Shown here: in pieces, positions 1 through 10,278 of the stretch | Position numbering within the stretch: position 1 is the first letter of the stretch | Layout: each line of letters opens with the position of its first letter | From: Escherichia coli | GTDB lineage: Bacteria > Pseudomonadota > Gammaproteobacteria > Enterobacterales > Enterobacteriaceae | Assembly (NCBI RefSeq): GCF_030013595.1 | Contig: NZ_CP122768.1 | Direction: 5' to 3' (one strand) | DNA length: 64,000 nt | Position numbers and translations under genes: made by a program | Notes under the pieces: generated by a model | Seen by the model: the letters and a program-made list of their open reading frames with translations, nothing else | What the model was told of the DNA's origin: nothing | The model's database searches: none

Positions 1-253
1 GTTGGTAATGTCCGAGATAGGCGATCAGCTCACCACCGCGCGGTGTCAGCCAACCCAGTTTTACCGGCCAGGTTGGCCATGCGTCTGGGGTGACATCCTG
101 CATCAGTTGCGTGGCCTTGGTTGGTGCACGCACACCATGACGACTGACAATCACCACACTTTCCAGCTTCAGCTCCGGCTCACTCTGAGCGAATGCAGAT
201 TGCGGGGTTAACGGAATCAGAAGAGATAAAAATGGGATCAAGATCGCTTTCAT
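1..253 (-). CDS. appA: acid phosphatase/phytase AppA, 5' part only (gene runs off window start)
   Basis: Minus-strand ATG at 253..251 opens MKAILIPFLSLLIPLTPQSAFAQSEPELKLESVVIVSRHGVRAP..., the AppA signal peptide and N-terminus; lies after appB-appX as in the app operon. Confidence 0.85.
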   Translation of the reverse strand, partial: MKAILIPFLSLLIPLTPQSAFAQSEPELKLESVVIVSRHGVRAPTKATQLMQDVTPDAWPTWPVKLGWLTPRGGELIAYLGHYQ

Positions 254-332
254 CGATATGTTTCCGCTTTTCATATCCGACATTATTGATTGCCTGATAC
301 GACGCTAATGCGCCGCATCAGACTTACGTTCG

Positions 333-425
333 TTAACTTTTCAATCGCGGGTCCAGCCATACCAACACAAGGGTGGAGAGCGAACACATCAACAAAATGC
401 CGACGAACCAAAGTAAATACCACAT
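333..425 (-). CDS. appX: cytochrome bd-II accessory small membrane protein AppX (30 aa)
   Basis: 30-codon minus-strand ORF MWYLLWFVGILLMCSLSTLVLVWLDPRLKS, 12 bp downstream of appB stop; below the 60-aa cutoff of the ORF track. Confidence 0.75.
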   Translation of the reverse strand: MWYLLWFVGILLMCSLSTLVLVWLDPRLKS

Positions 426-437
426 TGTTCCCGCTCC

Positions 438-1574
438 TTAGTACAGCTCGTTTTCGTTACGGCGGAGAGTTTCTGTTGTCATGCGCCCCCACATTTTGTA
501 GTAGCTCCAGAGAGTGTAGAGCAACACAATGGGCAAAAATATCAGCACGATTACCAACATAATGCTCAGCGTCAGCTGGCTGGAAGTGCTGTCCCACAAC
601 GTCAGGCTGGAGATCGGACTCACGCTTGACGGCATGACAAAGGGGAACAGCGTGATGCCTGCCGTGAAAATCACGCCAAATTGCATCAATGACGCCATCA
701 AAAATCCCCAACCCGGGCGACCACGATAAATCGCCATCACCGTCAGTAATGGGCAGAAGAACCCCAGCAGCGGGAAGATCCACAGAACGGGCGATTCGAC
801 GAAATTATTCATCCAGGCACCAGGTAGCACTGCCACCAGTTTCATTAACGGATTGGAAGGACCGTTAGCATCCTGGGCGAGCAGTACAAAGCCATCAATA
901 CCGACCCACAGCCAGTAACCCGCCAGCAAAAAGCACAGCATCACCAGCAGTGCGGCGCGTTTGGTCGCCAGCTGTGAACGCAGATGAATCGCACCAACAG
1001 TTTTTAGTTGTAACCAGACGCCACCTTGCAAAATCACCATCCCAAGGCTGAGCAATCCGCACAATAAAGGGAATGGCGTCAGCAGTTGCCAAAAACTGCC
1101 GAGATATTCCACGCGTAATTGCGGTGTGAAGGCAAACGGCACGCCGAGCAGCAAGTTGCCGAAGGCGATACCGAAGACTACCGGCGGCACCAGACTGCCG
1201 ATGACCAGTCCGGCATCCCACATTTTACGCCAGCGTGCATCGGCGATTTTTCCGCGATAATCAAAGGCCAGCGGGCGGAAGAACAGCGAGCACAGCACCA
1301 GAATCATCGCCACATAAAAGCCGGAAAACGCCGCTGCATACACTCTGGGCCAGGCGGCAAATAATGCGCCACCTGCGAGGATTAACCAGACCTGATTGCC
1401 TTCCCAGTGCGCGCCAACGCTGTTTATCACTATCCGACGTTCATCATCATTACGCGCCACCAGCGGCAGCAGACAGCCGATCCCCATGTCAAATCCATCG
1501 GAGATCATAAAGACTACCAGGATCACGCCAATCAGCAGCCACCAGATGAAGCGCAATGTTTCATAATCAAACAT
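438..1574 (-). CDS. appB: cytochrome bd-II ubiquinol oxidase subunit II
   Basis: 378-aa polytopic membrane ORF recognisable as AppB (CydB family); 11-bp gap after appC. Confidence 0.95.
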   Translation of the reverse strand: MFDYETLRFIWWLLIGVILVVFMISDGFDMGIGCLLPLVARNDDERRIVINSVGAHWEGNQVWLILAGGALFAAWPRVYAAAFSGFYVAMILVLCSLFFRPLAFDYRGKIADARWRKMWDAGLVIGSLVPPVVFGIAFGNLLLGVPFAFTPQLRVEYLGSFWQLLTPFPLLCGLLSLGMVILQGGVWLQLKTVGAIHLRSQLATKRAALLVMLCFLLAGYWLWVGIDGFVLLAQDANGPSNPLMKLVAVLPGAWMNNFVESPVLWIFPLLGFFCPLLTVMAIYRGRPGWGFLMASLMQFGVIFTAGITLFPFVMPSSVSPISSLTLWDSTSSQLTLSIMLVIVLIFLPIVLLYTLWSYYKMWGRMTTETLRRNENELY

Positions 1575-1585
1575 GATTTTCTCCT

Positions 1586-3130
1586 TTACCCCTGTTGCTG
1601 CGTCGGTTGTTCACTCTGCATCGCGCTCGGCCCCAGACGGGCATATTTCTGCATCAGGTAGACTTCGGCGATTAAGAACAGGGTGTAAAGCCCTACGATC
1701 ATGATCAGTGAGAAAGCCAGTTGTCCTGTGGTTAAAGCGGAGTGCGCGGAGTATGTCGGTAAGATGTCCTGTATCGCCCACGGCTGACGACCAAACTCGG
1801 TCATAAACCACCCGGCTTCAATCGCAATCCACGGCAGCGGCAAACTCCAGAGCGCCATTTTCAGCACCCAGCGATGCTGGTCGATTTTGCCACGCAGCGT
1901 CTGGACAAGCGCAATAAGCATCACCAGTAGCAGCAGGGAACCACAGCCCACCATGATGCGGAAACTCCAGAATACCGGCGCAACCTGAGGTATCGCGCCA
2001 CGCATCGCCGCCTGGTACTGTGCGGCTGTGACATGATTCATATCCGGCGCATAGCGGGAGAGCAACATGCCGTAGCCCAGGTCGCCTTCCAGCTCCCGGA
2101 ATGCCTGCAACATATGCGGCTCTCGATTGCCTTGCGATATTTCCTGCATTAACAGCCAGGCCATACGTCCGCGTTGCAAGCGTGGGTAGGTTTCAGCCAT
2201 CAAATTCTTCAGACCCGGCACGGGTTTATCTAATGAGTGAGTGGCGAGGATCCCTAGCAGCGCGGGAATTTTGATGGCAAAGGCGTTACGCTCTTGATCC
2301 TGTTCCGGCCAGGCAACCACATGGAACGGTGCAGGTGCAGGTTCCGTTTGCCACTCCCCTTCCATCGCCGCCAGTTTTACCGGTTGTACTTGCGCGACTT
2401 CATACGCCGAACTGTCTCCGAGTTGCAGCGTACCGATAATCGCCAGAGTACCGAAGACGGAACCGATGGCAAACGAGCGTAATGCAACATCGCGCTCCCG
2501 TCCGCGCAGTAAATACCAGGCGCTGATCGCCATAATAAACATGGCCCCGGTCACGTAGCCCGCCATTACGGTGTGTACAAATTTCACCTGGCTGACCGGG
2601 TTAAAGACCAGCTCGCTGAAGCTGGTCATTTCCATGCGCAGGGTGTCGATATCAAAATGCGCACCGGTCGGGTATTGCATCCAACCGTTGGCATTCAATA
2701 TCCACAATGCAGAGAGATTTGAACCGAACGCCACCAGCCACGTCACCAGCAGGTGCTGGTATTTATTCAGCCGCTGCCAGCCGAAGAAGAACAGCCCGAC
2801 AAAGGTGGATTCGAGGAAGAAGGCCATTAATGCTTCCATCGCCAGCGGTGCGCCAAAAATATCGCCCACATAGTTGGAATAGAATGACCAGTTAGTACCA
2901 AACTGAAACTCCATGGTCAGGCCGGTAGCCACGCCAAGAGCAAAGTTGATACCGAAGAGCTTACCCCAGAAGCGCGTCATATCGCGGTAGATTGTTTTGC
3001 CGGTGACCACGTAAATGGTTTCCATGATAGCTAGCAAAAAAATCAGCCCCAGGGTAAGGGGTACAAATAAGAAGTGATACAGCGCGGTCAGAGCAAACTG
3101 CCAGCGCGATAAATCAATGACATCCCACAT
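1586..3130 (-). CDS. appC: cytochrome bd-II ubiquinol oxidase subunit I
   Basis: 514-aa ORF beginning [20 protein letters not shown] (second Met of the 516-aa track ORF); CydA-family sequence. Confidence 0.95.
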   Translation of the reverse strand: MWDVIDLSRWQFALTALYHFLFVPLTLGLIFLLAIMETIYVVTGKTIYRDMTRFWGKLFGINFALGVATGLTMEFQFGTNWSFYSNYVGDIFGAPLAMEALMAFFLESTFVGLFFFGWQRLNKYQHLLVTWLVAFGSNLSALWILNANGWMQYPTGAHFDIDTLRMEMTSFSELVFNPVSQVKFVHTVMAGYVTGAMFIMAISAWYLLRGRERDVALRSFAIGSVFGTLAIIGTLQLGDSSAYEVAQVQPVKLAAMEGEWQTEPAPAPFHVVAWPEQDQERNAFAIKIPALLGILATHSLDKPVPGLKNLMAETYPRLQRGRMAWLLMQEISQGNREPHMLQAFRELEGDLGYGMLLSRYAPDMNHVTAAQYQAAMRGAIPQVAPVFWSFRIMVGCGSLLLLVMLIALVQTLRGKIDQHRWVLKMALWSLPLPWIAIEAGWFMTEFGRQPWAIQDILPTYSAHSALTTGQLAFSLIMIVGLYTLFLIAEVYLMQKYARLGPSAMQSEQPTQQQG

Positions 3131-3263
3131 GCGCACTCCTGTAGGCGAAGAGAGAAAAATAACCCGTTAATGGTAGATCTCCCTCTTTATCCTGAAACTC
3201 TACGACCAGAGGTATTCGCCGATTGCGATATTCATAAGCCTGAAAGCGATACTTACCGTCTTT

Positions 3264-4121
3264 TTACGACGGTGCCCCTTCCGCCAGCCACTGACATACC
3301 TCACTAAGCCGCTGCGCAGAGTCGACCAAATCTTCTGGCGCTGCCAGAACCACTTCCGGTATCGGGCAGATTTCATAACTCTCAAGTAACGGGCCTTTTA
3401 AGGTGTCCGTGCAGCGTAAATGCCAGACATGGCGTAACCCCGTGGCGTTGATATAGCTCTCGCCATAGCCAATGGTGCGAATCTGAATATTTCCCGGCCC
3501 ACAGAGACGTGAGAGAAAAAGCCGATCAGCCTCGCTGATAGGTAATTGCGTCAGATTAATGCTGTGCGGCTGCGCGTCAGGATTACGTACATGTGCCAGT
3601 AATTCATGAGCCAACGGTAGGCCATTCATCAGGCCATCGATGGGCGGCGGTAACAGCGAATCTGTCGGCAAGACGTTTTGCGTTGCCGCCTGCCACAATG
3701 CCAGCGGCGCGCAGCCAGCCTCCAGTTTGTCCTCCAGCAACTTGTCGCCGCGACGTCTGCGCACCCGCCATAATCCGCAGAAGATCGCCTCCTGTATTTC
3801 ACTTTCACTGTCGTCAGCCTGCTGTATGCGCACTGACACTTCCCCTTCCCCGAGAAGCGTATTGATAAAGTGACGATCGTCGGCGTTGAGATTTAACAGA
3901 TCGACTGCCAGCACCTCGCCCAACGGCGGCTGGCGTTCGCTTAGTTGATGTTGTAACTCGTTTAACAGCGCAATCACCTGCGGGCTGTGAGCACATTGCT
4001 CCAGGGCCGCCATACTCGGTTCATCATTCACCTGACAGGTGATCGGCAGTGGATTCATGCTGAAACTGTCATCGTTCGGTTGCGTTCCTGGCCCCAGCAG
4101 ATGGAAAAAAGTTTCGCTCAT
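3264..4121 (-). CDS. hyaF: hydrogenase-1 operon protein HyaF
   Basis: 285-aa ORF from [14 protein letters not shown] (internal Met of track ORF 3264..4181); ATGA overlap with hyaE stop. Confidence 0.9.
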   Translation of the reverse strand: MSETFFHLLGPGTQPNDDSFSMNPLPITCQVNDEPSMAALEQCAHSPQVIALLNELQHQLSERQPPLGEVLAVDLLNLNADDRHFINTLLGEGEVSVRIQQADDSESEIQEAIFCGLWRVRRRRGDKLLEDKLEAGCAPLALWQAATQNVLPTDSLLPPPIDGLMNGLPLAHELLAHVRNPDAQPHSINLTQLPISEADRLFLSRLCGPGNIQIRTIGYGESYINATGLRHVWHLRCTDTLKGPLLESYEICPIPEVVLAAPEDLVDSAQRLSEVCQWLAEGAPS

Positions 4122-4516
4122 GAGGCACGCTCCTGTTGTGGTTCGACAAGCCCACGCATCAGGTTTATCAGTTCCGCCCACGGGTGAATACCATTCAGCA
4201 CGCCGCGATAGTTTCCGCCGGTAAACACTAATGTGGCGGGAAAGCGAAAGACGCCAAAGCGATCGCCGATGGCTTCGCTCTGCTCAAGGTCAGCAATCGC
4301 CACCTGCCATGTGTAGTCGGGAAACTCGCGCAGTAATTCGCCAATCATTACCGGATTATCGCTGACCTCTGGCGTGCGTTTCGGGTCACTGCTTAATAAC
4401 ACCACGCCGTCTGGCGCTTGCGTAAGCCAGTCGTCAAGACGGGATTCACTGACCGGCGTCCAGCCGCGCGCCAGCATTCGTTGCCACAACGCATCAAATG
4501 GCGTGTCGTTGCTCAT
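4118..4516 (-). CDS. hyaE: hydrogenase-1 operon protein HyaE
   Basis: 132-aa [22 protein letters not shown]..., operon position between hyaD and hyaF. Confidence 0.9.
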   Translation of the reverse strand: MSNDTPFDALWQRMLARGWTPVSESRLDDWLTQAPDGVVLLSSDPKRTPEVSDNPVMIGELLREFPDYTWQVAIADLEQSEAIGDRFGVFRFPATLVFTGGNYRGVLNGIHPWAELINLMRGLVEPQQERAS

Positions 4517-5100
4517 CCCTGCTCCTCCAGTGTCATCCGGTACTGGCGCAAGCGAACGCCTTCGTAATTTTCCATCGACAGACAGTCATAATTGAGACAG
4601 CGCGATTCATTAGCCGGTTGCGGCACAATTCCCCATGCAGCCAGCTGCGCCAGCGCCGCCTGTTCCGCTGCGGACAGTTGCTCCCGTGCCAGTTCGCTCA
4701 GGCTGCCGCCGTAGTCGTCGAGCATTGCGGGTTGCAGACCGACGAGGGCAATATGTGCTGGCAAATGACCACGTATATCCGCCAGCGCTAGCACTTCGGA
4801 GAAACTGTTCTGGTGCAGGCTCATTTTCTTCGCGCTGAGATAAGCCGGAATGCGTTCTCCGGCATACGTTCGTAGCGTTCCGGGTTCCAGCCCGTAATCA
4901 ATGGCATCGAGAATCAACAGATGACTGGCGCTTTCGACATACCCCAGCAAGTTCAGTCCTTGGGTGCCGCCATCGACAATCTCCACATACTCGGGCCAGT
5001 GGTAATGGGCATACAGCCGTTCCGCCACCCGCACGCCGAAGCCTTCATCGGCCCACAGCAGGTTACCCAGCCCCATTACCACCACGCGTTGCTCGCTCAT
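4513..5100 (-). CDS. hyaD: hydrogenase-1 maturation endopeptidase HyaD
   Basis: 195-aa [25 protein letters not shown]..., HybD/HyaD protease family; 4-bp overlaps with neighbours. Confidence 0.9.
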   Translation of the reverse strand: MSEQRVVVMGLGNLLWADEGFGVRVAERLYAHYHWPEYVEIVDGGTQGLNLLGYVESASHLLILDAIDYGLEPGTLRTYAGERIPAYLSAKKMSLHQNSFSEVLALADIRGHLPAHIALVGLQPAMLDDYGGSLSELAREQLSAAEQAALAQLAAWGIVPQPANESRCLNYDCLSMENYEGVRLRQYRMTLEEQG

Positions 5101-5804
5101 GAACGCTCCTTGTTACTTATTTTGCCAAATTTGTGGCTACGGTAGCCGTTGACCATAGTGGAGATCACCGTGTCGTCGGACATGATGTCTTCACGCAGCG
5201 CCATGTAGACATGACCGATCACAAACGCGCCAATCAGCCACATCCCCAGCCGATGCCAGCTGTGAATGTCCATTGAGTTGCCACCCGTCCAGTAGAAAAA
5301 TTCCACCACATAACGGAACGGCGCAAAAATAGCGTACTGGCTGTGTTCGCTGTACAGCGCAAAGCCGGTGATGATCATAAAAACTGACATCAGGAAATAG
5401 CCGAACATCGCCGCCTGGGCGATGGGGTTATGGCCTATATCGGCACTCGGACGTTTTGCCAGAAACAGATACCAGCGGATTTCATACCACACGCCCTGCC
5501 ACCAGCTTTTGCGCCATACTGGCACGATGAAAAGCTCGCGTGAGTAGCGATTGCCGACAAAAGCCCAGTAGATCCGCATCAGCAAGACCACGGTAAAAAC
5601 CATCCCGGCGCTGAAGTGAATCAACCTGATATAGCCCATGTAAAACAGATACGTCGCCTCACCGCTGACCGAAGGCAGCGGTTTGCCGATGAAGTAACCG
5701 GTGACCATCAACACCGCCATGCATAACACTGTCAGCCAGTGCCAGATACGGACCGGCGCTTCAAAGACATAATGGCTGACAACGTTGTCACTTTTCTGTT
5801 GCAT
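5097..5804 (-). CDS. hyaC: hydrogenase-1 b-type cytochrome subunit HyaC
   Basis: 235-aa membrane ORF with conserved His-containing helices; operon position. Confidence 0.92.
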   Translation of the reverse strand: MQQKSDNVVSHYVFEAPVRIWHWLTVLCMAVLMVTGYFIGKPLPSVSGEATYLFYMGYIRLIHFSAGMVFTVVLLMRIYWAFVGNRYSRELFIVPVWRKSWWQGVWYEIRWYLFLAKRPSADIGHNPIAQAAMFGYFLMSVFMIITGFALYSEHSQYAIFAPFRYVVEFFYWTGGNSMDIHSWHRLGMWLIGAFVIGHVYMALREDIMSDDTVISTMVNGYRSHKFGKISNKERS

Positions 5805-5822
5805 GATGATTCTCCTTCGCTG

Positions 5823-7616
5823 TTAACGCACCTGCACGGAGATCAGCTCGCTACCGTCGTCGCCCAGCACGTGTGTTGAACAGGCGAGGCACGGGTCAAA
5901 GCTGTGCAGAGTACGCAGGATCTCCAGCGGTTGCTCGGGGATCGCCATTTTGGTGTTCATCAGCGCCGCTTCATAAGCGCCAATTTGCCCTTTAGGATCG
6001 CGCGGGCTGGCGTTCCAGGTGGTCGGCACCACGCACTGATAGAGATCAATCTTGCCATCGCGAATGGCAGCCCAGTGGCCTAACGCCCCGCGCGGCGCTT
6101 CGGTAAAGCCGACGCCACGGCACTCTGTCGGCCAGGTTGTAGGTTCCCATTTTTCAGTGGAAGCAGTGGCGAGATTGCCGTTTTTCAGATTGGTCATCAG
6201 CTTATCGAAGAAATACTGCAACTTACCTGCGGCCCACTGCGCTTCGTGCGCGCGACACAAAATGCGGCCCAACGTTGACTGGATGCCGGAAAGCGGCAGT
6301 TTCAACGCCGACATCATGCGATCGACCGACTCAACGGTCGCAGCATCGCCTTTGTGATAAGCGATTAACGTGCGTGCCAGCGGCCCCACTTCCATCGCGT
6401 TACCGCGCCAGCGTGGCGCTTTAATCCACGAGTAGCGTTCCTGTTCATTCAGCTGCTGAATGTTGGTATCGCTGCCTTTGACATCGCCGGGGTTGTACCA
6501 CGGGTCGGTGATGCCATCGAACGGATGACGCCCGACCTGATCGTTGGGATATCGATACCAGGCGTGGTCGACAAACTCCTGCACCTGCTGCGGATCAACC
6601 AAATCCACTGGCAGCACATTGTTGAAGTCGCCGTTAATCACCGCGCCGCCAGGCATCAGCAGACTTTTCTCGCCAAAGTCGTTGGCGATATCCGGGAACG
6701 CGCCGTAACTGAGAACGCATTTATCAGAAAGACCCGTGCCGATTTCGCTCCACGGTTTGTTGAACTGACCAATGGCTAAGGCGTCGGGGATCATCACGTT
6801 GTTAATGAAATCCGCCGTGCGGGTAATGATTGACTGCACCAGGTTCAGGCGTTCCATATTGACCGCCCCGACCGCGCCGCTTTCGTCAATGTTAATGGCG
6901 CAAGGCATCCCGCCGACAATCCAGTTTGGATGCGGGTTTTTACCGCCAAAGACCGCGTGGATTTTGACAATTTCACGCTGGAAATCGAGAGCTTCGAGAT
7001 AGTGGGCAAAGCCCATCAGGTTGGCTTCTGGCGGCAGTTTGTACTGCGGGTGCCCCCAGTAGCCATTGCGGAAGATCCCCAACTGCCCACCTTCAACGAA
7101 TTTCTTCAGGCGGTTTTGTACGTCGAAGAAATAGCCAGGGGATGATTTCGGCCAAGAGGAGAGACTTTGCGCCAGTTCGGAGGTTTTCCGCGGGTCGGCT
7201 TTCAGCGCATCTAACACATCGATCCAGTCCATCCCGGCAAGCTGATAGAAGTGCACCAGATGATCGTGGCACCAGAGCGTTGCCAGCATAATGTTGCGGA
7301 TGATATTAGCGTTGTCCGGCACTTTAATACCAATGGCATCTTCGATGGCGTAAACCGAAGCCAGAGCGTGTACGCCGGTACAGACGCCGCAGATACGTTC
7401 AACGAACGCCCACGCATCGCGCGGGTCTCGCCCTTGCAGAATGATCTCCAGCCCGCGAAACATGGTGCCGCAGGAGACGGCATTGGTGATCACATTCTGA
7501 TCGTTAATATTCACTTCGCAGCGCATGTGGCCTTCAATGCGCGTAATCGGGTCGACCACCAGGCGGCGTCCGGCATTATTGATGGTGTATCCCTGAGTTT
7601 CGTACTGAGTGCTCAT
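5823..7616 (-). CDS. hyaB: [NiFe] hydrogenase-1 large subunit HyaB
   Basis: 597-aa ORF with N-terminal RxCGxC and C-terminal DPCxxCxxH Ni-binding motifs (...[13 protein letters not shown]...). Confidence 0.95.
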   Translation of the reverse strand: MSTQYETQGYTINNAGRRLVVDPITRIEGHMRCEVNINDQNVITNAVSCGTMFRGLEIILQGRDPRDAWAFVERICGVCTGVHALASVYAIEDAIGIKVPDNANIIRNIMLATLWCHDHLVHFYQLAGMDWIDVLDALKADPRKTSELAQSLSSWPKSSPGYFFDVQNRLKKFVEGGQLGIFRNGYWGHPQYKLPPEANLMGFAHYLEALDFQREIVKIHAVFGGKNPHPNWIVGGMPCAINIDESGAVGAVNMERLNLVQSIITRTADFINNVMIPDALAIGQFNKPWSEIGTGLSDKCVLSYGAFPDIANDFGEKSLLMPGGAVINGDFNNVLPVDLVDPQQVQEFVDHAWYRYPNDQVGRHPFDGITDPWYNPGDVKGSDTNIQQLNEQERYSWIKAPRWRGNAMEVGPLARTLIAYHKGDAATVESVDRMMSALKLPLSGIQSTLGRILCRAHEAQWAAGKLQYFFDKLMTNLKNGNLATASTEKWEPTTWPTECRGVGFTEAPRGALGHWAAIRDGKIDLYQCVVPTTWNASPRDPKGQIGAYEAALMNTKMAIPEQPLEILRTLHSFDPCLACSTHVLGDDGSELISVQVR

Positions 7617-8731
7617 GCCTGTTTATCCTCATTGCCTGGCTGATGTTCGGTTTCTGTAGGTTGCTGGTTATGACGTCTGCGCTGGTCAACGGCGCTGGCG
7701 ACTGCGTGCACACCAACAGCCGCTGCCACCACGCCAAGTGCGGTTAAACCGACGGTATCGGCGGTGGAATGAGTACCCATTTGCGGAATATCGACCACGC
7801 GGCTGTAGAACGAACCGCGATCCCAGAAACCATTTTCCGCACAGCCCAGGCAGCCGTGACCAGACTGGATTGGGAAAGAAACGCCATCATTCCAGCGTGT
7901 GGAGGAACAGGCGTTATAGGTGGTAGGTCCTTTGCAACCCATTTTGTACAGGCAGTAACCTTTGCGGGCAGCGTCATCATCCCAACTCTGGACGAACTCT
8001 CCGGCGTCGAAGTGAGCGCGGCGATAACATTTATCGTGGATACGCTGACCATAAAACATCAGTGGACGGCCCATTCTGTCGACATCTGGCAAGCGATCAA
8101 AGGTCACCATGTAAGTAATGATGGCGCTCATCACATCCGGGATCGGCGGGCAGCCAGGTACTTTGATAATAGGTTTGTCGGTGATGACTTTGTCGATAGG
8201 CGTTGCCTGCGTCGGATTGGGTCGCGCGGCCTGCACGCAGCCCCAGGACGCGCAGGTTCCCCAGGCGATAATCGCACTGGCTCCGGCAGCGGCACGTTTG
8301 AGTTTCTCAATAAACGGTCGTCCGCTGCTGATACAGAACATCCCCTGCTCGCCCAGCGGCGGATTACCTTCTACTGCGAGGATATATTTGCCATTGTATT
8401 GCGTGATGATGTCTTCAAAGACTTCTTCCGCCTGGGTTCCGGCGGCAGCCATCAAAGTATCGTCATAATCGAGGGAAATCAGGGAAAGGATGACGTCCTT
8501 CGCCAGCGGGTGAGCGGAGCGGATAAAAGATTCGGTACAGCAGGTGCATTCCAGACCGTGGATCCATACCACCGGAATGCGCGGTTTGTTCTCCAGCGCC
8601 CAGGCAATCTTTGGTGCCATTCCCGCGCCTAAGCCCAGCGACGTGGCAGCCAGACTACAATATTTGAGAAAGCTGCGCCGGGTAACGCCCTGACGCCGCA
8701 TGGCCTGGTAAAATGTTTCCTCGTTATTCAT
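7613..8731 (-). CDS. hyaA: [NiFe] hydrogenase-1 small subunit HyaA (Tat signal peptide)
   Basis: 372-aa ORF from [25 protein letters not shown] (twin-arginine motif); ATG at 8731..8729 inside the longer track ORF. Confidence 0.93.
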   Translation of the reverse strand: MNNEETFYQAMRRQGVTRRSFLKYCSLAATSLGLGAGMAPKIAWALENKPRIPVVWIHGLECTCCTESFIRSAHPLAKDVILSLISLDYDDTLMAAAGTQAEEVFEDIITQYNGKYILAVEGNPPLGEQGMFCISSGRPFIEKLKRAAAGASAIIAWGTCASWGCVQAARPNPTQATPIDKVITDKPIIKVPGCPPIPDVMSAIITYMVTFDRLPDVDRMGRPLMFYGQRIHDKCYRRAHFDAGEFVQSWDDDAARKGYCLYKMGCKGPTTYNACSSTRWNDGVSFPIQSGHGCLGCAENGFWDRGSFYSRVVDIPQMGTHSTADTVGLTALGVVAAAVGVHAVASAVDQRRRHNQQPTETEHQPGNEDKQA

Positions 8732-9116
8732 ATCGCACGTCTCTTCTCCTTGCGACACCGGCAGGACACCGGGCGCTTATGGTCGGCAAGCGACGTCCCT
8801 GTAGCAAGGCAAACCATCGCTTCACGTGAGATGCTGAAAACGAAAGCTCATCCTTCTGCACTGGCGCACGTCGCCAGAAAGTATTGTTAATAAAGCGTAG
8901 TGAAACTTTTGCACAAAACAATACAAACTGTATGGATTTATCTTTTAGCGATAAAAATGGACCTATTTTTCTTTTTGCCGGGCAGTGGGGATGTTTAGCC
9001 GGTTGCTAAACGAGTAAAAGAGAAGGAATTCATGGTGATGAAATGATCAATCTGCTGTTATTTCACGCTATCAATGCACTTTTGTCTGTTTTTCAGGCAA
9101 ACAAACAAATTAGGGG
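8732..9116. promoter_or_regulatory. hyaA upstream control region, divergent from serT
   Basis: 385-bp AT-rich non-coding interval upstream of hyaA start; exact promoter and operator sites not resolved by eye. Confidence 0.4.
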
Positions 9117-9145
9117 TTTACACGCCGCATCGGGATGTTTATAGT
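9117..9145 (+). promoter_or_regulatory. sigma-70 promoter of serT
   Basis: TTTACA (9117..9122), 17-bp spacer, TATAGT (9140..9145), GC-rich discriminator, about 12 bp before the mature tRNA 5' end. Confidence 0.6.
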
Positions 9146-9157
9146 GCGCGTCATTCC

Positions 9158-9245
9158 GGAAGTGTGGCCGAGCGGTTGAAGGCACCGGTCTTGAAAACCG
9201 GCGACCCGAAAGGGTTCCAGAGTTCGAATCTCTGCGCTTCCGCCA
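9158..9245 (+). tRNA. serT: tRNA-Ser (anticodon UGA)
   Basis: 88-nt sequence GGAAGTGTGGCCGAGCGGTTGAAGGCACCGGTCTTGAAAACCGG...GAATCTCTGCGCTTCCGCCA with long variable arm and anticodon loop CTTGAAA; encoded CCA end. Confidence 0.92.
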
Positions 9246-9252
9246 AATAATC

Positions 9253-9286
9253 AAGGGGTTACCAAATGGTAACCCCTTTGCTTTTT
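9253..9286 (+). terminator. rho-independent terminator after serT
   Basis: Perfect hairpin AAGGGGTTACC-AAAT-GGTAACCCCTT followed by TGCTTTTT. Confidence 0.75.
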
Positions 9287-9292
9287 GGGCTC

Positions 9293-9323
9293 TTGGTATA
9301 AACTTGGTATACCAATTGGTATA
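9293..9323. repeat. three phased TTGGTATA repeats including a perfect 16-bp palindrome TATACCAATTGGTATA
   Basis: TTGGTATA at 9293, 9304 and 9316 (11-12 bp phasing); 9308..9323 is its own reverse complement. Confidence 0.7.
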
Positions 9324-9508
9324 TTTTCTGCCAAAAAATTCCTAAAATCCCCTCCAGCACAAACAATCACTTGCTCATTCATACTTTATCAAGAAAATAT
9401 CCTTGCAAGTTATGTTGTTTCTTTCTGCGTCCCGACAGGGTGTCATGGTTCCCCACTTCTCTCGGGATGGACACTTAACGGACGAGAAATTTTCAGGTGT
9501 CATTCAGA

Positions 9509-9547
9509 CGCGCTTCGGCCCCGGATTGGCGAAGCGCGCTTTTTTTC
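9509..9547 (+). terminator. orphan rho-independent terminator between serT and tfa
   Basis: Stem CGCGCTTCG (9509..9517) / CGAAGCGCG (9530..9538) followed by CTTTTTTTCTC. Confidence 0.5.
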
Positions 9548-9693
9548 TCAGATTATTTCGTTTTGCCTGAGTGTTGAATAACGCCACTACAGTTATATAA
9601 GCTGGAAATCATTCAATACTCGCACTATCGAAAGTTCACCAGCCAACCGCAGCACGTACTGCATACGTCGTGTCTGCGGTTTTTCTTTTTCAC

Positions 9694-10278
9694 TTACATT
9701 GTGTCTGGTTCTTCCGGCCACACAATATCCGGTGCTACTGATGTATCAACACGGTTCAGCAACACCCGATACTTTTTCCAGGCTTCCAGCAACGAGTTTT
9801 CTTCCTCCGTTGCGATCTCCAGATCTACAGCATCCTGAAGTGGCGCAATATGCTCACTGGCTACCTGCATCAGGCTGTTTTTTGTTTCTTCCGCCTCCCG
9901 GATCCGGAACAGTTTTTCTGCTTCTGCATCTTTCACCCAGGCTGTGCCGTTCCACTTCTGAAACTCCCCTTCCGGCGATAACCAGGTAACATTTTCCGGT
10001 AACGGACCGAGTTCAGAAATAAATAACGCGTCCCCTGACGCTACGTCATAAACCGTTTTACCCCGATGGTCTTCAACGAGATGCCACGATGTCTCATCAC
10101 TGTTGAAAACAGCCACGAAGCCTGCCGGAATATCTGGCGTTGCAATATCGGTACTGTTTGCTGGCAGACCTGTATGAGGTGGAATGTATGCATCACCTTC
10201 ACCAATAAATTCATTAGTTCCGGCCAGCAGATTATAAATTTTTATGGTCCGTGCTTGTTCACTCATTCTGAATGCCAT
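9694..10278 (-). CDS. tfa: tail fibre assembly protein Tfa
   Basis: 194-aa ORF, same length as lambda Tfa; overlaps stf stop. Confidence 0.9.
   Translation of the reverse strand: MAFRMSEQARTIKIYNLLAGTNEFIGEGDAYIPPHTGLPANSTDIATPDIPAGFVAVFNSDETSWHLVEDHRGKTVYDVASGDALFISELGPLPENVTWLSPEGEFQKWNGTAWVKDAEAEKLFRIREAEETKNSLMQVASEHIAPLQDAVDLEIATEEENSLLEAWKKYRVLLNRVDTSVAPDIVWPEEPDTM

Noticed and set aside
7769-8632. 287-aa plus-strand ORF
   Set aside because: Entirely antisense to hyaA, which is strongly supported; no family resemblance; typical long antisense frame in a GC-rich gene
9285-9581. 98-aa plus-strand ORF between serT and tfa
   Set aside because: Begins inside the phased repeats and reads through the intrinsic terminator at 9509..9547; no RBS; more likely non-coding or a much shorter product
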